The translations under genes were made by a program, and so were the position numbers. A stretch of DNA of 49,558 bases, taken from positions 1 through 49,558 of the forward strand of contig JAZROG010000034.1 in NCBI GenBank assembly GCA_045648605.1, given 5' to 3'. Positions 9,023-17,551 of this stretch are shown in pieces. The DNA comes from Eubacteriales bacterium (GTDB lineage: Bacteria; Bacillota; Clostridia; Oscillospirales; CAG-272). The notes beneath the pieces are model-generated. The model was not told the origin of the DNA. It worked only from the letters and a program-made list of their open reading frames with translations, and did not search any database. Every line of letters begins with the position of its first letter. Position 1 is the stretch's first letter.

Positions 9023-9403
9023 ATGGCTACAGAAAAGACAACCAAACTCCTTGAAGAAATCAAGGAACTTACTATTCTTGAACTTGCTGATCTCGTAAAG
9101 GCTCTCGAAGAGGAATTCGGCGTTTCCGCTGCTCCTGTTGCAGTTGCTGCTGCTCCCGGTGCTGCTGCTCCCGGCGCTGCTGCTGAAGAGAAGACTGAGT
9201 TCGATGTTGAGCTCACATCCTTCGGTGCAAAGAAGCTTGATGTTATCAAGGTTGTTCGTGAGGTTACAGGTCTCGGCCTTAAGGAAGCTAAGGAACTCGT
9301 TGAGGGTGCTCCTAAGACTCTTAAGGAAGGCGTTTCCAAGGACGAAGCAGAGTCTCTCAAGAAAACTCTTGAAGAGGCTGGCGCAACTGTTACAATCAAG
9401 TAA
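9023..9403 (+). CDS. rplL: 50S ribosomal protein L7/L12
   Basis: [34 protein letters not shown]. Confidence 0.99.
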   Translation: MATEKTTKLLEEIKELTILELADLVKALEEEFGVSAAPVAVAAAPGAAAPGAAAEEKTEFDVELTSFGAKKLDVIKVVREVTGLGLKEAKELVEGAPKTLKEGVSKDEAESLKKTLEEAGATVTIK

Positions 9404-9437
9404 TTTAAAAATTACCGATTTTAACTTGCTGTACATC

Positions 9438-9468
9438 AAAGGCTATCGCATAAGCGATAGCCTTTTTT
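9438..9468 (+). terminator. Intrinsic terminator of rplJL
   Basis: AAAGGCTATCGC-ataa-GCGATAGCCTTT followed by T-run. Confidence 0.9.
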
Positions 9469-9475
9469 GTTTTTC

Positions 9476-9504
9476 TTGACAAAGATATATAAATGTGATA
9501 TACT
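9476..9504 (+). promoter_or_regulatory. sigmaA promoter of AraC gene
   Basis: TTGACA-17 bp-TATACT with TG extension. Confidence 0.7.
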
Positions 9505-9549
9505 TTTAAAAAAAGAAACTATTCTGTCATTTCGGAGGCAAAATTCACT

Positions 9550-10353
9550 ATGGAAAGAGTTTGTACGAGCCGTTTTCTGCTATCTTCATTTTCCGCAGCC
9601 CATTCCTTTTATCCTCATAAGCACTTCTGCGATGCGAGAAACGGAAAGGAAAAGACCACCATAAGCTATATAGCCAAAGGCTCGGTGGTGATATCTGCAA
9701 CAGGCGAGGAGATAATGGCAGAGGCGGGCGATATCCTATACCAGCCCGACGGCATAAAATATACCTCCGCATGGAAAGGAGCGCCCGATGTTGAATATTA
9801 CAGCATCCATTTTGATTTTCTCCATCTGCGCGAAACAAGAATAGACAGAGCATTTGCGCTCCAAAGCATTTCTCGGGAAAAAGTAGGAGATCTGGGCGCG
9901 CTGATTGTCAAAATTTTTGAGAATTACGAAAAGGATGATAGTGAAAGACTCGTTGCGCTGTCGGATTTTTATCTTCTCTGGAGCAGAATCCTGCCGCATC
10001 TCGATTCAAGCAAGAGGATCACATTTTCCCCGGCAGTTACATCCGCTCTTGAGTATATCGAAAGAGAGTATCTGACCAATTTTTCAATTTCCGAGCTTGC
10101 GAAGCACAGCCAACTCTCCGAATCAAGGCTCTATCATAAATTCAGCAGCGAAATGAAATGCTCACCAATTTCTTACAGAAACAAGCTGCGAACCCAAAAA
10201 GCAATAGAATATTTAAGCGATGGAAATTATTCTGTAAGTGAGATAAGCGACAAGCTGAACTTCAATTCACCAGTCTATTTCAGAAAAATATTCAAGCAAA
10301 TGACAGGCTTTTCTCCGATCGAATATAAAAAACTCCGCCGCGAACAGAAATAA
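9550..10353 (+). CDS. AraC family transcriptional regulator
   Basis: N-terminal cupin-like region; C-terminal ISELAKHSQLSESRLYHKF...SVSEISDKLNFNSPVYFRKIFKQMTGFSP. Confidence 0.93.
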   Translation: MERVCTSRFLLSSFSAAHSFYPHKHFCDARNGKEKTTISYIAKGSVVISATGEEIMAEAGDILYQPDGIKYTSAWKGAPDVEYYSIHFDFLHLRETRIDRAFALQSISREKVGDLGALIVKIFENYEKDDSERLVALSDFYLLWSRILPHLDSSKRITFSPAVTSALEYIEREYLTNFSISELAKHSQLSESRLYHKFSSEMKCSPISYRNKLRTQKAIEYLSDGNYSVSEISDKLNFNSPVYFRKIFKQMTGFSPIEYKKLRREQK

Positions 10354-10524
10354 CGAAAAAGATGTCTCATTGCCTCGTTTTCTTTAGGACGTTATTTACA
10401 ACCAACAGTTGAGCGAAAAATCCCTGTTTAGTTGAGCAAATTTTTGTTTTTTCAACTGTTGTTATCTTCACTTTGCGGACTCGCAGCGGTATAATTTAGA
10501 TACCAAATGAAAGGAGTTTTAACT

Positions 10525-11025
10525 ATGAACACAACTTTAGGAAAAAGAATTGCAGCCCTCCGCCGTGAAAAGGAGCTGAAGCAGGACGAGCTTGCCGAAA
10601 AGCTTGGAATAAGTCCACAAGCAGTAAGCAAATGGGAAAATGACCAGACCTGTCCCGACATTTCCCTGCTCCCGCTTCTCTCAAAAATTCTCGGTGTAAG
10701 CGTTGACGAGCTTCTCTCCGGCAAAAAGGAGGAAGCTCCATCGGTCAGACTAGTGCCCGAAAACGAGAGAAAGGATATTGGGGACATGATGCTACGAATC
10801 CTGATAACAAGCGCAGATGGCGATACGGTGCGTGTAAACCTTCCTCTTGCCATAATAGAGGTTGCGATCGATAGCGGACTTAATATGTCACAGGTATCGG
10901 GAAACGAAGCGCTCAAACACATAGACCTAAACAAGATCATGGGTATGGTAAAACAGGGTGCTATAGGAAACATCGTAGAGGTTGAAAGTGCTGACGGCGA
11001 CACAATTCGAATATTTGTGGAGTAA
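10525..11025 (+). CDS. XRE/HTH_3 transcriptional regulator with C-terminal domain of unknown function
   Basis: LRREKELKQDELAEKLGISPQAVSKWEND..PDISLL; AAGGAG RBS. Confidence 0.9.
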   Translation: MNTTLGKRIAALRREKELKQDELAEKLGISPQAVSKWENDQTCPDISLLPLLSKILGVSVDELLSGKKEEAPSVRLVPENERKDIGDMMLRILITSADGDTVRVNLPLAIIEVAIDSGLNMSQVSGNEALKHIDLNKIMGMVKQGAIGNIVEVESADGDTIRIFVE

Positions 11026-11028
11026 AAT

Positions 11029-11262
11029 ATGAAAATAACCCTAAATACTCGCAACGTTTTCTTTTTTCCCACAGGACTTATCGCCAACCGCTTCACAGCG
11101 GGAATAATTCGCAGAAAATTGATAAAAAAAGGAATAAGGCTAACGAGAAAACAAATCGGACTGTTTATCAAAGAGTTCAAACAATATAAAAAGAACCATA
11201 CCGATTGGAATCTTGTAGAAGTCGAAAACAAGGATGGATATACTGTAAAGGTAAAAATATAA
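11029..11262 (+). CDS. Hypothetical basic protein, coupled to the XRE gene
   Basis: Starts 3 nt after the XRE stop with GGAG RBS; C-terminus resembles the XRE C-terminus. Confidence 0.7.
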   Translation: MKITLNTRNVFFFPTGLIANRFTAGIIRRKLIKKGIRLTRKQIGLFIKEFKQYKKNHTDWNLVEVENKDGYTVKVKI

Positions 11263-11319
11263 AAATGCATACTTTATCATTCAGATTTCTGTGTCTACAG
11301 AAGCAGTTTTTGTGGGGAA

Positions 11320-11355
11320 AAGAGGACGAAGAATTTTCACATTCTTCGTCCTCTT
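11320..11355. terminator. Hairpin between convergent genes
   Basis: 15-bp perfect stem AAGAGGACGAAGAAT / ATTCTTCGTCCTCTT. Confidence 0.7.
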
Positions 11356-11483
11356 ACTGTTGGCAGACAATGTATTCTTTTTTTAATTTCAAAACTATCC
11401 TTTAAAGACACACAGCTCTTTTGGATTTTAAACAAAAAATCGTCTATATGTTGCAAAAACCAACAAATTCCTATTTACATAAA

Positions 11484-12173
11484 TCAAAGTGTTTTAAGCA
11501 TCTCGCAGAGGAGCTTTACAGAGTTTTCAGCGGCGATCGTAACAAATTTATCATAGCTCATTGCTGCCTCCTCGTCGCCACCGTCTGAAATGGCGCGAAT
11601 GACCACAAATGGCACAGAATTTACATAGCAAACATGACCGATGCTCGCGCCCTCCATCTCGCAGGCGATAGCGGAAAATGTATCTCGGATAAATGCCTTT
11701 CTACTCTCCTCGGCAACAAAAACATCGCCCGATGCAATAGTTCCCGAAACAGCCTTAAGTCCTACACTCTCTGCGGCACCGCAAGCCTTCGCACAAAGCT
11801 CTGCGGAAGCGGGGATATTTATGATATTTATTCCCGAAATGAGTCCAACAGGGTCACCTATTGCGCTTGTGTCCATATCATGCTGAACAACACTGCTTGA
11901 AAGCGCAACATCGCAAACCGAAAGCTTATCTGTGAGAGTTCCCGCAACACCTGTGTTTATTATGATATCGGGCGAGTATTTAAGTATCATCGTCTGGGCG
12001 CAGATAGCGGCAAAAACCTTGCCGATGCCGCAGGTGGCAATGACAACATCATGAGAAAGCAGCTTTCCGCTATGATATTCAACACCGCTTATTTTTTCGC
12101 ATTTATCTCTCTCAAGCATACCGCAAAGAGTTGCTGTCTCGCAGCTCATCGCGCCTATTATTCCGATTTTCAT
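11484..12173 (-). CDS. mtnN: 5'-methylthioadenosine/S-adenosylhomocysteine nucleosidase
   Basis: IGIIGAM, GIGKV.AA, INTGVAG, CEMEGA, RAISD. Confidence 0.96.
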   Translation of the reverse strand: MKIGIIGAMSCETATLCGMLERDKCEKISGVEYHSGKLLSHDVVIATCGIGKVFAAICAQTMILKYSPDIIINTGVAGTLTDKLSVCDVALSSSVVQHDMDTSAIGDPVGLISGINIINIPASAELCAKACGAAESVGLKAVSGTIASGDVFVAEESRKAFIRDTFSAIACEMEGASIGHVCYVNSVPFVVIRAISDGGDEEAAMSYDKFVTIAAENSVKLLCEMLKTL

Positions 12174-12649
12174 TTTACTTCCTCCGTTGGATATTTGAAA
12201 TCTGTATTTTTGTTCGATTCAAGTGCCAAAAGATAGCTCTTACATTCCTTTTTTGCATCGTCAAGTGACAAATTGAGGTAATTTCCACATTCCTTGCGGC
12301 TTGCACCGAACATCTCCCCATCATGGTAGATTATTCTCGCAAGAACCTTTTTGACCGTATCGAGAACCTCGACATCATTTGCATCTCTTACAAGAAGATA
12401 AAAGCCCGTTTGGCATCCCATAGGGCCGAAATATATAACCCTTTCGCCAATTTCCGATGAACGGACAAAGGTTGCAAACATATGTTCAACCGAGTGCATG
12501 GTCCTATCGTCCATATAGTCCCCCATATTTGGGCGGCGAGTCCTCATATCATATGTTGTGATATCTCCGTCACGGCGGGAAACGTAAATTCCCGGAATTA
12601 TATAGTCGTGATCGACCTTAAATGATTCGATTCTGCTTGGATTATTCAT
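12170..12649 (-). CDS. luxS: S-ribosylhomocysteine lyase (AI-2 synthase)
   Basis: ESFKVDH, HSVEH, GPMGCQTGFY, CGNY; start after GGAGGA RBS; ATGA overlap with mtnN. Confidence 0.96.
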   Translation of the reverse strand: MNNPSRIESFKVDHDYIIPGIYVSRRDGDITTYDMRTRRPNMGDYMDDRTMHSVEHMFATFVRSSEIGERVIYFGPMGCQTGFYLLVRDANDVEVLDTVKKVLARIIYHDGEMFGASRKECGNYLNLSLDDAKKECKSYLLALESNKNTDFKYPTEEVK

Positions 12650-12804
12650 CAGCGATTCCTCCGTATTTCTTTTCTTTTTATATTCTACCACATTCCGCCT
12701 CTTTTTTCAAGAATTTCGACAAAAAACGGTAACAAAAACTTCAGAGCGACATATTATACTAACAGAGAGGCAAAAGCTCTCAAAAATTTTTGGAGGAACT
12801 CTTT

Positions 12805-12897
12805 ATGAATAACTGCCTTTGCAACCTTTTTGACGACAACAACATCATCTGGCTCATCATCATTGCCATACTTCTCATCTCCTGCTGCCACTATTAA
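12805..12897 (+). CDS. 30-aa Cys-rich single-TM small protein, probably sporulation-related
   Basis: GGAGGA RBS; MNNCLCNLFDDNNIIWLIIIAILLISCCHY; own terminator; below ORF-track cutoff. Confidence 0.75.
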   Translation: MNNCLCNLFDDNNIIWLIIIAILLISCCHY

Positions 12898-12904
12898 ATA
12901 ACGA

Positions 12905-12940
12905 CGAGGCTGAGCAAATGCTCAGCCTCGGTGCTTTTTT
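12905..12940 (+). terminator. Intrinsic terminator after small ORF
   Basis: CGAGGCTGAGCA-aa-TGCTCAGCCTCG then TTTTTT. Confidence 0.85.
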
Positions 12941-12945
12941 AGGGA

Positions 12946-13195
12946 GAATTTCGCCGCTGCGGCGGCGACCGGCGCTGTCGCCGGCTCCCACAAACTTAAA
13001 AAAAGTTTGACCAAAACTTACAAGCAAAAAAGATATTTAATGTTTATCTGTTTTTTACGTGGGATTTGTGGTAATTTTACGTAGAAAATAGTTTAACAAC
13101 CCAACTTTTCCCTTTTTTAAAGTTTTGATCGACCTTTTTCAAAAGGTCGCGCGAGCCGGCGGCGGCGCAGGTCGCCACCGCAGTGGCTAAACTTC
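12946..13195. repeat. Long imperfect inverted repeat pair (MITE/REPIN-like structured element)
   Basis: About 75-bp arms at 12946-13019 and 13120-13195 are reverse-complementary homologs around an AT-rich spacer. Confidence 0.8.
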
Positions 13196-13216
13196 CTCTT
13201 CAATATAGAAAATCTC

Positions 13217-13265
13217 TTCATTTTTCTCATCTCCAAACATTCATTTTTCTCATCTCCAAACATTC
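13217..13265 (+). repeat. Perfect 23-bp tandem duplication
   Basis: TTCATTTTTCTCATCTCCAAACA x2 plus TTC. Confidence 0.95.
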
Positions 13266-13269
13266 TCTA

Positions 13270-13298
13270 TTGACATATCGGATTTTTTTTGTTATAAT
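13270..13298 (+). promoter_or_regulatory. sigmaA promoter of holB operon
   Basis: TTGACA-17 bp-TATAAT with TG extension. Confidence 0.8.
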
Positions 13299-13332
13299 TT
13301 TAAGGAGGACTAATTAAAATGGGAAAGGATGT

Positions 13333-14370
13333 GTGCAAATGAAGCCCTTTGACAGCATTCTCGGCAACGACGAGCTTCGTTTGCGTCTGGCAAATGACAT
13401 AAGAGAAAAGACACTCTCTCATGCCTACATCATCGAGGGTCCCCGCGGAGTCGGAAAGCACACACTTTCTATAAATCTTGCGGCGGCGCTTGCCTGTGAA
13501 AATGCCCTTGACCCTTCAGGTCCCCTTCCCTGTCTTGCTTGTCCTTCATGCAGAAAGATCCTTTCGGGAAAATCACCCGACATTATCACGGTAAGGCGTG
13601 AAGAGGACAAGGCGAGCATGGGTGTTGACATCATAAGAGATCTCAGAAGCAATGTCAGGCTTTTGCCAAATGACCTTGATACAAAGGTCTATATCATCGA
13701 GGATGCTCATCTTATGAACGAGCAGGCGCAGAATGCGTTTCTTTTGACACTCGAGGAGCCGCCTAAATTTGTGGTATTTCTGCTTCTTGCGGAAAATTCC
13801 GTAAGCCTTCTTGAAACCATCAAAAGCCGCGCGCCTATACTCAGAATGCGACCGATTCCCGAAGATGCTGTTGCAGAGCACATTCTTAAATCAGAGAATA
13901 GTGCAAGGGAGCTTAAGGAAAGCTCACCCGAGGAATTTGACGAGATAATAAAGCTATCCGGTGGCTTTATCGGGCAAGCACTTGAGCTTCTTGACGAAAA
14001 AACGCGCCGTCCTCTTCTTGCGGCAAGGCACATGGCGAAAAGCTTTATTTTGCAGATGACCGAAAGAAAAAACGGCAAAAAAACGGCTGAAATGATAGAA
14101 TCCTTTTCAAAAAAACGAGATGAGCTTTCACGCTTGCTTTCGGAAATAGAGCTTGCTGCAAGAGACCTTCTCATAGTCAAAAAAAGCGAAAACGCCCCCC
14201 TTTGCTTCTTCACAAGCGAGGACGAGGCGGCAGAGCTTTCATTTAAATTCAATTCCGGAGCGCTCATGGAGCTTCTCGGTAACATCTTTGAAGCAAAGGA
14301 AAGACTTCGCGCAAATTCAAATGTGCGTCTTACGCTCTTTGAGCTTGCGATAAAATGTGGACTCCTATAA
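13333..14370 (+). CDS. holB: DNA polymerase III subunit delta'
   Basis: SHAYIIEGPRGVGK, Zn finger CLACPSC, AQNAFLLTLEEPP, TIKSR. Confidence 0.93.
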   Translation: MQMKPFDSILGNDELRLRLANDIREKTLSHAYIIEGPRGVGKHTLSINLAAALACENALDPSGPLPCLACPSCRKILSGKSPDIITVRREEDKASMGVDIIRDLRSNVRLLPNDLDTKVYIIEDAHLMNEQAQNAFLLTLEEPPKFVVFLLLAENSVSLLETIKSRAPILRMRPIPEDAVAEHILKSENSARELKESSPEEFDEIIKLSGGFIGQALELLDEKTRRPLLAARHMAKSFILQMTERKNGKKTAEMIESFSKKRDELSRLLSEIELAARDLLIVKKSENAPLCFFTSEDEAAELSFKFNSGALMELLGNIFEAKERLRANSNVRLTLFELAIKCGLL

Positions 14371-15562
14371 AAATAAAAGAGATAAAATGGAGAAATATAT
14401 GAATAACAGCGAAAATCAGACCCCAAGAAATCCAAATCAGGGGCATCAGAAAAACCGAGGCTATCACGGAAAGGGTTATAATAAAAACTTCCACCGCGGT
14501 CATAATAAGAACCGTGAAAAAAGAGAAAATGATTCCCAAAAGCTTGAAGCTGCTACTTCTGCCGAAGAAATGATGCAGAACAGCAGGCCCGAGGCAAATA
14601 TAAGCTCTGATACCGAGGCAACCGAATATTCCGTTACGGTCGATCTTTCGGATGATGCCACGCTCCTTATCGACGAAGCGCCGGCAAATGACGATTCGCC
14701 CAAGGTCGAGGTGGTTGGAGTCAGATTCAAAAAAGCGGGCAAGGTATATTACTTTGCGCCGGGAGAATTCAAGCTTCATCTGGGTGACGCGGCAATCGTT
14801 GAAACAGCAAGAGGTCACGAGCTTGGAGACATTGCCTGCGGAAACAGGATGGTGAGAGAAAAGGACATCGTCCAGCCTCTCCGCCCCGTAATAAGAATTG
14901 CAACTCCCGAGGATATCCGCCACGGTGAGGAAAACAGAAAAAAGGAAAATGAGGCATTTTCCATCTGCCTTTCAAAGATCGCAGAGCACGGTCTTGACAT
15001 GAAGCTGGTGGATGTTGAATATACTTTTGATAACAGTAAGCTCCTTTTCTATTTCACAAGCGCAGGAAGAGTTGACTTTAGAGAGCTTGTAAAGGATCTC
15101 GCTTCTGTATTCCGCACAAGAATAGAGCTGAGACAGATAGGAATAAGAGACGAAGCAAAGCTCATGGGCGGTCTCGGTGTTTGCGGCAGACCCCTCTGCT
15201 GTGCAAGCTTCCTCTCGGATTTTGTTCAGGTGTCGATAAAGATGGCAAAGGAACAGAATCTTTCGCTCAATTCCACAAAAATTTCAGGCACCTGCGGAAG
15301 ACTGATGTGCTGTCTGCGATATGAGCATGACACATATGAGACCGAGATAAGACTTACTCCTCCCGTAGATTCGGTTGTCAAAACCGAGGACGGCGTGGGT
15401 ACAGTCATCGAAACAAGCCCCCTTGCGGGACTTATAAAGGTAAGACTCAATGATAAGGCAGATACTGTTCCCAAATTCTATCATAGAGACTCTGTTAAGG
15501 TCATCAGCGCACCGAAAAGAAGCGCAAATAATGACGATGAAGAGCCTGATAGTGAGGAATGA
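14357..15562 (+). CDS. yaaT: PSP1 domain protein YaaT/RicT
   Basis: GVRFKKAGKVYYF, RVDFRELVKDLA, CGRPLCC, ISGTCGRLMCCLRYE; start codon uncertain. Confidence 0.94.
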   Translation: MDSYKNKRDKMEKYMNNSENQTPRNPNQGHQKNRGYHGKGYNKNFHRGHNKNREKRENDSQKLEAATSAEEMMQNSRPEANISSDTEATEYSVTVDLSDDATLLIDEAPANDDSPKVEVVGVRFKKAGKVYYFAPGEFKLHLGDAAIVETARGHELGDIACGNRMVREKDIVQPLRPVIRIATPEDIRHGEENRKKENEAFSICLSKIAEHGLDMKLVDVEYTFDNSKLLFYFTSAGRVDFRELVKDLASVFRTRIELRQIGIRDEAKLMGGLGVCGRPLCCASFLSDFVQVSIKMAKEQNLSLNSTKISGTCGRLMCCLRYEHDTYETEIRLTPPVDSVVKTEDGVGTVIETSPLAGLIKVRLNDKADTVPKFYHRDSVKVISAPKRSANNDDEEPDSEE

Positions 15563-15696
15563 TTCCTAAAAATCCATAATTTTTGCGTTTTTCCTACAAA
15601 AAATCTTATTTTGTATCAACTTTTTTCGCAAACCATCTTGATTTTTGCGATAAATGTGATAAAATATTAGTATATTAAATACGGAGGTGTAACAAC

Positions 15697-15870
15697 ATGG
15701 CTTTCAAGATTGATCCTGATAAGTGTCTCGGCTGCGGTGCTTGCGCTGGTGCTTGCCCCGTTGAGGCTATTTCCGAAAATGACGGCAAGTTCGTTATCAA
15801 TGCTGATACTTGCATCGGTTGCGGTGCTTGCGCAGGTTCTTGCCCTGCTGAAGCTATCGAAGAGGCTTAA
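15697..15870 (+). CDS. 2[4Fe-4S] clostridial-type ferredoxin (57 aa)
   Basis: Not in ORF track: MAFKIDPDKCLGCGACAGACPVEAISENDGKFVINADTCIGCGACAGSCPAEAIEEA, two CxxCxxCxxxCP motifs, GGAGGT RBS. Confidence 0.97.
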   Translation: MAFKIDPDKCLGCGACAGACPVEAISENDGKFVINADTCIGCGACAGSCPAEAIEEA

Positions 15871-15936
15871 TTTCGGTACATAATTATACAGATGGAGCAG
15901 GCATATCGCCTGCTTCTTTCTGCAAGGAGATTTAAA

Positions 15937-16710
15937 ATGACCGACAAAATTTTATTTGAGGGCGAAAGACTTGATACCGTAAACGAAAGCATTCGCCTTA
16001 TTCAGAAAGAAAACGGACTCACCTTTGGCACAGATGCCTATCTTCTTGCCGCCTTTATGCGCACCGCAAAAAACGCAAGGGCGCTTGAGCTTGGTGGCGG
16101 AACGGGAATAATTTCCCTGCTCTGTGCCTCAAAGCGTAAGTTTAAGAAAATATATATTGCCGAGGTTCAAGAGGATTTTGCGCTTCTTTGCAAAAGAAAT
16201 GCAGCGCTGAACGGACTTTCAGGCGAAACAGAGACGATTTGTGCTGATGCTCGTGATCTAAGAGCCGAGGATTTTGGCGGAGAGCTTGATTTGGTTTTCT
16301 CAAATCCCCCTTATATGAAGGTGGATTCGGGAAAAAGAAATGATCACGATGAAAAATTTATCGCAAGGCACGAGGTCTGCGGAAGCATTGACGATTTTTG
16401 TCGGGCGGCAGGAAGGCTACTTAAATTCGGAGGACTTTTCTACTGCGTTTACCGCCCCGACAGAATGTGTGACCTTCTTGCGGCAATGAAAGCACAAAGG
16501 CTTGAGCCAAAGAGAATTACATTGGTTTGTGCAGACCCTGAAAGTGCCCCATCCATGATGCTTGTGGAGGCAAAAAAAGGCGGAAGCACGGGGCTGAAGC
16601 TTACAAGACCGCTTTTCCTTCATAATTGCGATAAGGATAAAAGCGGCAAGCGTTCGGAATCCGAGGACGCAAAGAAAATATATGAAAAATGCTCTTTTGA
16701 GTATTTTTAA
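15937..16710 (+). CDS. tRNA1(Val) adenine(37)-N6 methyltransferase (YabB/TrmN6-like)
   Basis: FGTDAYLLA, LELGGGTG, NPPY, ARHE. Confidence 0.9.
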   Translation: MTDKILFEGERLDTVNESIRLIQKENGLTFGTDAYLLAAFMRTAKNARALELGGGTGIISLLCASKRKFKKIYIAEVQEDFALLCKRNAALNGLSGETETICADARDLRAEDFGGELDLVFSNPPYMKVDSGKRNDHDEKFIARHEVCGSIDDFCRAAGRLLKFGGLFYCVYRPDRMCDLLAAMKAQRLEPKRITLVCADPESAPSMMLVEAKKGGSTGLKLTRPLFLHNCDKDKSGKRSESEDAKKIYEKCSFEYF

Positions 16711-16736
16711 TACCTGTAAGAGGTTCAAGGAGAAAT

Positions 16737-17501
16737 ATGAAGGATACTAAAAGACTGCTCAGCTATGTGCGCCGCGCAGTTGACGATTATGGAATGATAA
16801 AGGAGGGCGACAAAATTGCCGTTGGTGTTTCGGCAGGCAAGGATTCGCTTACTCTTCTGTGCGCCATGGCGGCTCTGCGCCGTTTTTACCCCATTAAATT
16901 CGAGCTTATCGCCATAACCATCGATATGGGCTTTGAGGGTATGGATTTTTCGGAAATAGAGAAACTATGCAGAGAGCTTGACGTGGAATATCATATCGTG
17001 CCATCCCAGATAGCAAAAATAATTTTTGACGTGCGAAAAGAAAAAAGCCCCTGCTCACTTTGTGCTAAAATGCGCAGAGGTGCGCTGCACAACGCGGCAA
17101 AGGAGCTTGGATGCACCTCGGTGGCACTGGGACATCATTTTGACGATGCTGTTGAGACCTTTATGCTTAATCTTTTCTTTGAAGGAAGGCTCGGTTGCTT
17201 TTCTCCCGTTTCCTATCTTTCAAGAATCGGACTTAATCTCATTCGCCCGATGGTGTATATGCCCGAAAAGGACGTTAGATATTTTGCCGCCCAGAATGAA
17301 CTTCCCGTTGTAAAATCAAGCTGCCCCGCAGACGGAAATACCGAGCGCGAGGAAATGAAGAAGCTTCTTCACGAGCTTGACAAGAAGCATAAGGGACTTC
17401 GTTACCGTATCTTCGGAGCAATGCAGCGCGGCGAGATCGACGGCTTCAGACCCGCAGAACGTCTTGCCGGAATCGAAGCATATTCCGAGGACGAGGAATA
17501 A
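16737..17501 (+). CDS. ttcA: tRNA 2-thiocytidine biosynthesis TtcA family protein
   Basis: PP-loop SAGKDS, CSLCAKMRRG, GHHFDD, CPAD. Confidence 0.88.
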   Translation: MKDTKRLLSYVRRAVDDYGMIKEGDKIAVGVSAGKDSLTLLCAMAALRRFYPIKFELIAITIDMGFEGMDFSEIEKLCRELDVEYHIVPSQIAKIIFDVRKEKSPCSLCAKMRRGALHNAAKELGCTSVALGHHFDDAVETFMLNLFFEGRLGCFSPVSYLSRIGLNLIRPMVYMPEKDVRYFAAQNELPVVKSSCPADGNTEREEMKKLLHELDKKHKGLRYRIFGAMQRGEIDGFRPAERLAGIEAYSEDEE

Positions 17502-17516
17502 CATCATATATAACAC

Positions 17517-17544
17517 AAAAAAGAGCCGAAATCGGCTCTTTTTT
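17517..17544. terminator. Bidirectional terminator
   Basis: AAAAAAGAGCCGA-aa-TCGGCTCTTTTTT between convergent genes. Confidence 0.88.
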
Positions 17545-17551
17545 GTTCGTC

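Noticed and set aside
10452-11270. 272-aa minus-strand ORF
   Set aside because: Antisense to the XRE gene and its partner; no domain signal.
13217-13265. Possible CRISPR repeat
   Set aside because: Two directly adjacent copies with no spacer and no cas genes.
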